A stretch of 64,000 bases of DNA from Candidatus Bathyarchaeota archaeon. GTDB lineage: Archaea > Thermoproteota > Bathyarchaeia > Bathyarchaeales > Bathycorpusculaceae. The notes under the pieces are model-generated. The model was given only the letters and a program-made list of their open reading frames with translations. It was not told the DNA's origin and did no database searches. The DNA is taken from contig CAVYNL010000033.1 of assembly GCA_963769845.1 (NCBI GenBank), positions 1 through 64,000 of the forward strand. The letters are read 5' to 3'. Positions 57,606 through 64,000 of this stretch are shown here, piece after piece (the stretch's first letter is position 1; every line of letters begins with the position of its first letter). The translations under genes and the position numbers were made by a program.

Positions 57606-58840
57606 CAGTATTCCGCTCTCAGAACTTCGGCGATACGCATTCTCATCGCGTTTATCGCTGGAATTACCCCTCCGAGGCAGCAGACTCCCACGATAGCTGC
57701 AAACGTTTCCAACATGTAGAGAGGCGGAACAATCTCTAGGACGCTGGGAAAGAACAGCGCCACGGGAATGTTCGTGTAGAGGCTTGCCAAGATGATGGCC
57801 GTCAGAGAACCGAAGGCTACGCCGATGATGCCGCCCAAGACACCTATCAGAAAAGTTTCGATTATCACCACCCGAAACATGTAGCTTGCCTGAGCTCCTA
57901 TGGCGTCCAAGGTTGCGAAGTCGCGCCGCCTCTCCGAGACGCTCATGACCGTGACAGTCATGACCAGTATCAGGCTGATGATGAAGACCACTGCTTCTAT
58001 GCCGACGGTCCATGTCTGCATCTGGTCCAGAATAGGCTGAATGATGTCGTTCCTCTGGGTCTCCGTCAAGGCGTTGACGTATCCTATTTTTTGTTTTATG
58101 GCCGTGGTCAAGTTCTGTTGCGGCATGTTTGAGAGGGGCTTGACCGCGATTATGTTCACGCTCTGGGGATAGTTGTATACGCTTTGTGCTAGTCTGAGAG
58201 GCATGACCAAACAGCGATTCAGCAACGCCATCTTCGTATCAAGAACGCCTGAAACACGCGAGGTGTAACCGTTCACCTGTATTTCTGTGCCCACAGTCCA
58301 GCTGTACTGGTCGGCGATGGAGCCGCCAGCCACGATTTCGTTGCTTGAATCGTTTGCTGGAAGATGCCCGTTTCCCCTCAGCTGCACTGGACCAAGAACA
58401 AGCGCCCAGTCTTCGACTGGAATTCCCATGGTGAAGTTTACGGGAACTGGCTGAGCCAGTGCCTCTGGTCCTGCTGATGTAATGAAAAGGACTGGTGTGA
58501 CGGCGCTCACTCCGGGAATCGCTGCTATTTTTTCCACCGTTGGATTCTGGGGCAACATGCCGCCGCTGATTGGAATGGCTTGGATCACGATCGCGTTTTG
58601 ATCCACGACCGTGACTTGACCGTTGAATAGCACGTTCATTTCCCGTATCACCGTCATGTACCGCATGGTAGTCGCGCCGACGGCGACCACGAAAGTTGCA
58701 GCTATTGCCACTCCCAGAATGCACAGGGCTGTTCTGATTTTTCTTCGAAGAAGGTTTCTCAAGCAGAACGTAAGTAGCCGCGCAGTGATCCCCTTGACGG
58801 TTAGTCTTGCGTGAAAGCTATATAAACATTGACAACGCAT
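57605..58840 (-). CDS. FtsX/MacB-type ABC permease
   Basis: N-terminal TM segment, large periplasmic domain, C-terminal 3-TM FtsX bundle. Its stop overlaps the ATPase start (TGATG). The start position is approximate. Confidence 0.7.
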   Translation of the reverse strand: MRCQCLYSFHARLTVKGITARLLTFCLRNLLRRKIRTALCILGVAIAATFVVAVGATTMRYMTVIREMNVLFNGQVTVVDQNAIVIQAIPISGGMLPQNPTVEKIAAIPGVSAVTPVLFITSAGPEALAQPVPVNFTMGIPVEDWALVLGPVQLRGNGHLPANDSSNEIVAGGSIADQYSWTVGTEIQVNGYTSRVSGVLDTKMALLNRCLVMPLRLAQSVYNYPQSVNIIAVKPLSNMPQQNLTTAIKQKIGYVNALTETQRNDIIQPILDQMQTWTVGIEAVVFIISLILVMTVTVMSVSERRRDFATLDAIGAQASYMFRVVIIETFLIGVLGGIIGVAFGSLTAIILASLYTNIPVALFFPSVLEIVPPLYMLETFAAIVGVCCLGGVIPAINAMRMRIAEVLRAEY

Positions 58841-58880
58841 GAATATAATGGCGAGTGCAAACAGAGATGGAGTAAAGAAC

Positions 58881-61800
58881 ATGAGAATCAAGATATTTTT
58901 GACCTTGTCGATGCTGTTACTCTTGCTAGCTTCAACGTTAACGGTATTGAGTGGATCCATCGTGGCTGCACAGCAGCCTGAAGCGAACTTGACTGGAACC
59001 ATTTTTGACCATGGTGTTGACACTAATGGCAACGGATTGTACGATTACCTGGAGGTCGATGTGGAAATCAACGTAACTGTTGCGGGAAACTTTCGGGTAA
59101 TAGTCGGTGGCCTTATGGACCAGTCTGGCAACAACATCCCGGTCAATTTCCTTGAGGGAAGCTTCCTCAATGTTGGCGTTCAGTACATAAACTTGTCCGT
59201 CTACGGTCCCATGATTTTCGACTCTCGCTTGAACCCTCAAAGAGTCAGTTGGATCGACCTTAGCACTGGAGACTACCTGCCCCTGGACAGCACGTACAAC
59301 GCCCCGTTGTCGAGAGTCTACAACTACACTGAATTCGATAGTCCTCATGCCTTTCTGACCGGACACATCTCGGACCGAGGCATTGACGCTGATGGTGATG
59401 GCCTCTTTGATTATCTTGAAGTCGGAATAGAAATCAATGTTACTGAAGCTGGATATTATCAAGTCAGTGCACAAGGTTTGATGGAAAACGGGACCATGAC
59501 AAACTACTTTTACGATTACCAATATGTGACGGAAAACTTCACTGTTGGTGTTCACGTGGTCTACATGAATTTCTCAGGTTCAGGGATCGCTTCTGAGCAT
59601 CTCAATCCAACGGATGTAGATTACATATACATATATGACGGTGCAAACGCCGTTGAAACAAGCCGCCTTGATTTTGCAGCTCTTTCAAAGCAGTATGACT
59701 ACACGCTTTTTGACGCGTCCTCGAAAGATATTCAAGTGAACTTTAAGGTCTATCCGGACGCAACCGTTGCGGTGGACGGAACACTCAATTTCACACACAT
59801 GTACCCAGAAAACAAGTACTGGCCCAGCATAAACGCGACACTGGGTTACTCAACGACCGGGAACCTGACGACGAGCACATCGAGCGGCACCATGGTTTTT
59901 CCAGGAAATTTGGACTACAAAGCAATCGAAGCGCATCTGCGCTCAGCATACGAGAACGGACTCTTGAACGACGCACTCAACATCTCAGATGTCTTGCCTC
60001 CGGAAGCGACCTGGTACTACCCATTCAACTCGACAGACGTCAATCTTAACGCCACGTACTCTGGGGGGATGTTTGACGTAACCATCACCGGGCAGACGAT
60101 CATACCGGCTGACTTGTTGAACACTCAGAGCACCGTTTTTCCACTTAACATGTCAGACGCGACGGTTCGCGCGGATTTTGATGGAACACAATTGAGGGGG
60201 AACATCACTTTTCACGCGGTTCCAGGATTCCCGTTCGCCGATGTCACGGTGGACTTCAGCGGTAACAGGAGCAGTCTCTACTTCAGCGGCGACCTTAACA
60301 TCACCTACGCGAGCTTCAACGATTTCCAAATAAACGAAACGACACTGAACCAGAAGCTCGCTGACCTGACTAGCAACTTCACTGGACGAGGGCCAGATTC
60401 CCTCTACGACCAGAGTTCGGGTTACCTAGAATGCACGCAGCTGAACATCACAAAGACCCCGTGGTCGAACCCAACGCTCGGCGCATACGTCACGTACAGC
60501 GCTACCATCAACGGAAACTTCACAGGGGCCCTTGCCCAAATGATGTTTCCGCCAGGGTCTCCAGCTGATCAATTGCAGCAGCTTGCATACGCGTCCTTGG
60601 AGTCACCCGCCTCTTCGGTCAGAAACGCGTCTCTAGTGCTCAGTTATTATCATAGTTCACGAATTGCGCAAGTGGATCTTCATCTGACGAGCGATGTGCA
60701 AGCTCTGTGCAACAGCCTCCTTGTCCTAGTGCCACCCGCGATACCCCAATCAATGTCTCCATGGTCTTCAGAGAGAACGCAGATAGAAGCGTGGCTAAAG
60801 ATTGCCAACGCGACAGCCCATGTCCTGACAGACGCAAGTGTCAACGCCTCCTATTCAAGCACAGACCGAAGAATGTCTATGAACACGCGGCTTTCAGCCA
60901 ACGTGAGCAAGCTGAAAAACGACATCCTTCCATTTCTGCCAGACACGGCGCCGCCTAACTTGCATGACGTCTTCGAATCGTTCTTCAATAATATCTACTG
61001 CAATACGACGTCTTCAACGGAAACGTTTGATATGTCAAATGGAACAGCGACCTTTGCCTCAACCGCGATTGCTCAAGGCGATTTCGAAGCTGAGCTCAAC
61101 CAAGCCAAGCGCTTCATGATAGCAACCATGTACCCGCCGCCCCCAGCAGGATTGCCTTGGGAGGTCCGCCTGCTCAATGAGACTGAAATAAACATCAATA
61201 ATCTCCAAGTAGAATTTGAAATGGGACAGGACTGGATGCACGCGAGCTTTAGCGGGCTGATCCTCAAACCCCAAGCTGACAACATAGACACCATAACGTT
61301 CAAACTCAAGAAGTGGATGGACCTGGCAACTGACCCGAATGCGCCGCCGCTAGACTTCGAAAAACTCACCGTCACGTTCACAGGAGCATCAAACGCAAAC
61401 CAGACGGTCCTGCTGAACAGTCCATCCGACGTGCCTACTCCAGACCATTTCTCCGGAGACTACAGAAGCATGGTCTGGGACAACGCTTCCCTCAGCAGTC
61501 TGAAAGACCTGACGTTTCTCATAGCCTGCGAAAACCAAGTGAATTACAACCAAGAAACCTACGACATTCCAATACTCACGAACTCCACTGTAACCAGTTT
61601 CCGCCTTGACCCCGACGCCAAGCAGATAACCTTCAATGTCACTGGACCACCGGGCACAGGATTCTGCAACGTGACCATTCCAAGAACCCTGCTCAACGCG
61701 AGTGCTCTCAACGACTGGACCGTCACGTTTGACGGAAGAGCCCTGACCCCAGGAGGTTTCAACATAACAGGAAACGCTGAATACGTGTTCGTGTACCTGA

Positions 61801-61967
61801 ATTACACTCACTCGGAACATGTGATATCCATCAAAGCCACCTGGATCGTCGCAGAGTTTCAACCAGACATTTTGCCGTTTGCCCTGATAATCCCACTAAT
61901 TATCGTGGGCGCAATAATCGTCATGCAAAGAAGAAAAATTCGGCCGCTGAAAACCAAGTACCGCTAG
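58881..61967 (+). CDS. very large secreted surface glycoprotein with a C-terminal TM anchor (S-layer-like/adhesin-like), about 1030 aa
   Basis: Signal peptide (MRIKIFLTLSMLLLLLASTLTVLSGSIVAA). More than 40 N-x-S/T sequons. The internally repeated motifs GxDxNGNGLYDYLEVDVEINVT and GIDADGDGLFDYLEVGIEINVT are Ca-binding-like. C-terminal TM segment plus a basic tail. Confidence 0.7.
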   Translation: MRIKIFLTLSMLLLLLASTLTVLSGSIVAAQQPEANLTGTIFDHGVDTNGNGLYDYLEVDVEINVTVAGNFRVIVGGLMDQSGNNIPVNFLEGSFLNVGVQYINLSVYGPMIFDSRLNPQRVSWIDLSTGDYLPLDSTYNAPLSRVYNYTEFDSPHAFLTGHISDRGIDADGDGLFDYLEVGIEINVTEAGYYQVSAQGLMENGTMTNYFYDYQYVTENFTVGVHVVYMNFSGSGIASEHLNPTDVDYIYIYDGANAVETSRLDFAALSKQYDYTLFDASSKDIQVNFKVYPDATVAVDGTLNFTHMYPENKYWPSINATLGYSTTGNLTTSTSSGTMVFPGNLDYKAIEAHLRSAYENGLLNDALNISDVLPPEATWYYPFNSTDVNLNATYSGGMFDVTITGQTIIPADLLNTQSTVFPLNMSDATVRADFDGTQLRGNITFHAVPGFPFADVTVDFSGNRSSLYFSGDLNITYASFNDFQINETTLNQKLADLTSNFTGRGPDSLYDQSSGYLECTQLNITKTPWSNPTLGAYVTYSATINGNFTGALAQMMFPPGSPADQLQQLAYASLESPASSVRNASLVLSYYHSSRIAQVDLHLTSDVQALCNSLLVLVPPAIPQSMSPWSSERTQIEAWLKIANATAHVLTDASVNASYSSTDRRMSMNTRLSANVSKLKNDILPFLPDTAPPNLHDVFESFFNNIYCNTTSSTETFDMSNGTATFASTAIAQGDFEAELNQAKRFMIATMYPPPPAGLPWEVRLLNETEININNLQVEFEMGQDWMHASFSGLILKPQADNIDTITFKLKKWMDLATDPNAPPLDFEKLTVTFTGASNANQTVLLNSPSDVPTPDHFSGDYRSMVWDNASLSSLKDLTFLIACENQVNYNQETYDIPILTNSTVTSFRLDPDAKQITFNVTGPPGTGFCNVTIPRTLLNASALNDWTVTFDGRALTPGGFNITGNAEYVFVYLNYTHSEHVISIKATWIVAEFQPDILPFALIIPLIIVGAIIVMQRRKIRPLKTKYR

Positions 61968-62188
61968 ACACGAACCCGCGCGTTTCGATTTGTCACAATT
62001 GCAGGTCTTCCCAACATTACTGGCACGCGCTGGAGAAGCAAAATACTCCAGACTTTTGATGACTATTCTGCGCGCCTTTCAATGATGTCGGACGCGCACA
62101 CTCAGATTTCCAAGATTTAAATACCGTCGTGTCCCCATGTCTGACTTGACGTGTGTTGACTGGTCGATCCTGACTGGAGGTTCCTGAT

Positions 62189-63161
62189 ATGGAAATGACG
62201 AAGATTCTGATTTCTTTCGATTTGCCCGAGATTTATGTTGAGAAGATCAGGGATGTTTCGCCTGAAGTTGAAGTCGTGCAGAGTGAGGACAAAGAAGAAG
62301 CTCTGGACCTCGCCAAGGATGTGGATTGTCTGTTTGCTGGTTTCTTCTCGAAAGAACTGTTCCAAGCTGCCAAGAAACTGAAGTGGATCCAATCTTTTGG
62401 CGCGGGTGTTGAGAGGATTCTCATTCCAGAAGTAGTAAACAGCAGGGTGATTGTGACGAACGCTGGAGGCGTCCATCCAACGCCCATCTCGGAACACGTC
62501 ATCGGCATGATGCTCTGCTTCACTCGAGGATTGCACGTCTTCATCAGAAATCAGACGGAGAAGAAGTGGGAACGGCCCGAAACATGGACCTCGCCAATGA
62601 TCGATGAATTGTCAGGCAAAACCTTAGGAATAGTAGGACTGGGCAAGATCGGAACGGAGATAGCCAGAGAAAGCAAAGTGCCTGGGAATGAGAGTGATCG
62701 CCACAAAAAGAGACCCGACCAGTCCAGCATCGACCAATGTTGACAGGCTCATCGCCCCCGCTGATTTGAACCAGTTGCTCGCCGAGTCTGACTTCGCCGT
62801 TCTCTCTTTGCCCCTAACTAAGGAAACAGAAGGAATGATCGGAGAAAGGCAGTTGAAAAGCATGAAACCCACGGGTATACTCATCAACGTGAGCAGAGGA
62901 AAAATCATTCAAGAAAACAAACTCGTTCAAGCCCTCAAACAAGGATGGATCGCCGGCGCAGGCTTGGACACTTTTGAAAACGAACCCCTACCAGAAAACA
63001 GCGAACTCTGGAACTTCAAGAACGTCATAATCACCCCCCACATCGCTGGGGACACACCACACTACCCCGAACGATTAACAAACATATTCACGGAAAACCT
63101 GAACCGATTCATCCACAAACAACCCCTAATCAACGTCGTAGACAAGAACCTCGGGTACTAA
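62189..63161 (+). pseudogene. D-isomer-specific 2-hydroxyacid dehydrogenase carrying a frameshift near 62680-62695 (at AGAGAAAGCAAAG)
   Basis: N-terminal substrate domain followed by GKTLGIVGLGKIGTEIA (NAD GxGxxG). The C-terminal half continues in another frame (...ALGMRVIATKRD...ITPHIAGDT). The two track ORFs overlap at a homopolymer-rich site. Confidence 0.6.
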
Positions 63162-63254
63162 ACCAGACGCGCGCGGCGACTGCTCATTCATATCCTGACA
63201 GAGAACAAGCTTTGAGCTAATGAAGCAAGAGTAAGAACGTGGACCCTGACTGAG

Positions 63255-64000
63255 CTAGCGCTTCGTGTGCCTGTTTTTTGGAGTTTTTCTGTTTTGATTT
63301 TCTGATCTGAGGGAAAGTTTCGGAGTGGCTATGGTTACTGTCGTGTTAGGCGGGATGGAAGAAGTTATCCAGACGTTGCCGCCGATGACGGCACCCTTGC
63401 CGATGACTGTTCTTCCTCCGAGGATTGTGGCTCCAGAGTATATGATGACATCATCCTCGATTGTTGGGTGACGTTTTTTGCCCCTCAGCTTGGAGACTTC
63501 TTCGCGGGGCACGCTTTGTCCGCCGAGAGTCACTCCTTGATAGATTCTCACATTGTTTCCGATCTCGGTGGTCTCGCCGATCACGACTCCAGTTCCGTGG
63601 TCTATGAAGAAGTTTTCGCCGATCTTTGCACCTGGATGAATATCTATGCCGGTAAGCGAATGAGCATGCTCGCTCATCATTCGAGGTATCAGAGGAACTT
63701 GTCTGCCGTAGAGTTCATGGGCAATGCGGTACGTTGCAATAGCATAGATGCACGGATAGCTCAAGATGATTTCTTCAAGACTCTTTGCTGCCGGGTCGCC
63801 GTCGTATGCGGCTTGAATATCACATGACAGTCGTCTCTTTATCTCGGGGAGGCACTCAACAAGGTCCTCTGCGACTTTTTGCGCTTTTTCTTTGCAGATA
63901 TCAGTTGGGCATTCTTCCTCCTTGAGGCAGACGTGCTTCAGGCTCTTCGCTATCTCTTCTTCGAGGCGGGTGCGGAGAGAATGTAGTGTGCCGCCTAGAA
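63255..64000 (-). CDS. cysE: serine O-acetyltransferase (CysE). The N-terminus lies beyond the window end.
   Basis: Left-handed beta-helix hexapeptide repeats ([44 protein letters not shown]). The upstream in-frame sequence [30 protein letters not shown] matches the conserved CysE helical domain. The reading frame is open through to position 64000. Confidence 0.75.
   Translation of the reverse strand, partial: LGGTLHSLRTRLEEEIAKSLKHVCLKEEECPTDICKEKAQKVAEDLVECLPEIKRRLSCDIQAAYDGDPAAKSLEEIILSYPCIYAIATYRIAHELYGRQVPLIPRMMSEHAHSLTGIDIHPGAKIGENFFIDHGTGVVIGETTEIGNNVRIYQGVTLGGQSVPREEVSKLRGKKRHPTIEDDVIIYSGATILGGRTVIGKGAVIGGNVWITSSIPPNTTVTIATPKLSLRSENQNRKTPKNRHTKR

Noticed and set aside
56931-58013. 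Track ORF extending the ABC ATPase by 136 N-terminal residues
   Set aside because: The N-terminal extension is Arg/His/Ser-rich nonsense produced by read-through across the permease gene in another frame. The true start is the Met at 57605, which overlaps the permease stop (TGATG).
1-64000. CRISPR arrays, rRNA genes, complete tRNA genes
   Set aside because: I found no regularly spaced direct repeats, no rRNA-like conserved blocks, and no sequence folding into a full cloverleaf during manual scanning. Only the partial tRNA-like fragment at 2340-2400 was noted.

Overview
This window reads as an archaeal chromosomal segment of roughly 50% GC. The archaeal call rests on Alba, ribosomal protein S3Ae, an archaeal/eukaryotic-type TrpRS, an RPA-like OB-fold protein, flotillin, and BRE/TATA-like promoters. 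It opens with an IS481-like insertion sequence that has recognisable imperfect terminal inverted repeats. The dominant theme is flavin-based electron-transfer/bifurcation modules, organised in three loci. (i) A divergent pair: an HdrA-MvhD fusion and an HdrD-like HdrC+HdrB (CCG-domain) protein. (ii) An operon of a TrxB-like flavoprotein, a duplicated ferredoxin-MvhD protein and NfnA/NfnB-like subunits. (iii) A tightly packed six-gene minus-strand operon in which a GltD-like NAD(P)H oxidoreductase with an HdrC-like Fe-S N-terminus and a second HdrA-MvhD fusion precede a four-subunit 2-oxoacid:ferredoxin oxidoreductase (KorDABG). I regard locus (iii) as the best candidate for an undescribed complex. 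Housekeeping genes include serS, trpS, rps3ae, albA, a DEAD-box helicase, csaA, moaE, rubrerythrin, flotillin and several ABC transporters. Two large heavily N-glycosylation-sequon-rich surface proteins are present, and two zinc-ribbon miniproteins fall below the ORF-track cutoff. At the sequence level the most striking feature is a palindromic decamer, AGCGCGCGCT, present at least 8 times as a perfect copy and more than 20 times as close variants, almost always in intergenic DNA directly after stop codons. The window also contains telomere-like C3A3/G3T3 tracts with G-quadruplex potential, IS-end-like solo fragments, and a duplicated promoter element upstream of two hydrolase genes. Three genes (the second hdrA-mvhD, a DapB-like oxidoreductase and a 2-hydroxyacid dehydrogenase) carry frameshifts; at least two of these sit at A-homopolymers, so sequencing error is as likely as pseudogenisation. 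No CRISPR array, rRNA or unambiguous tRNA was found.
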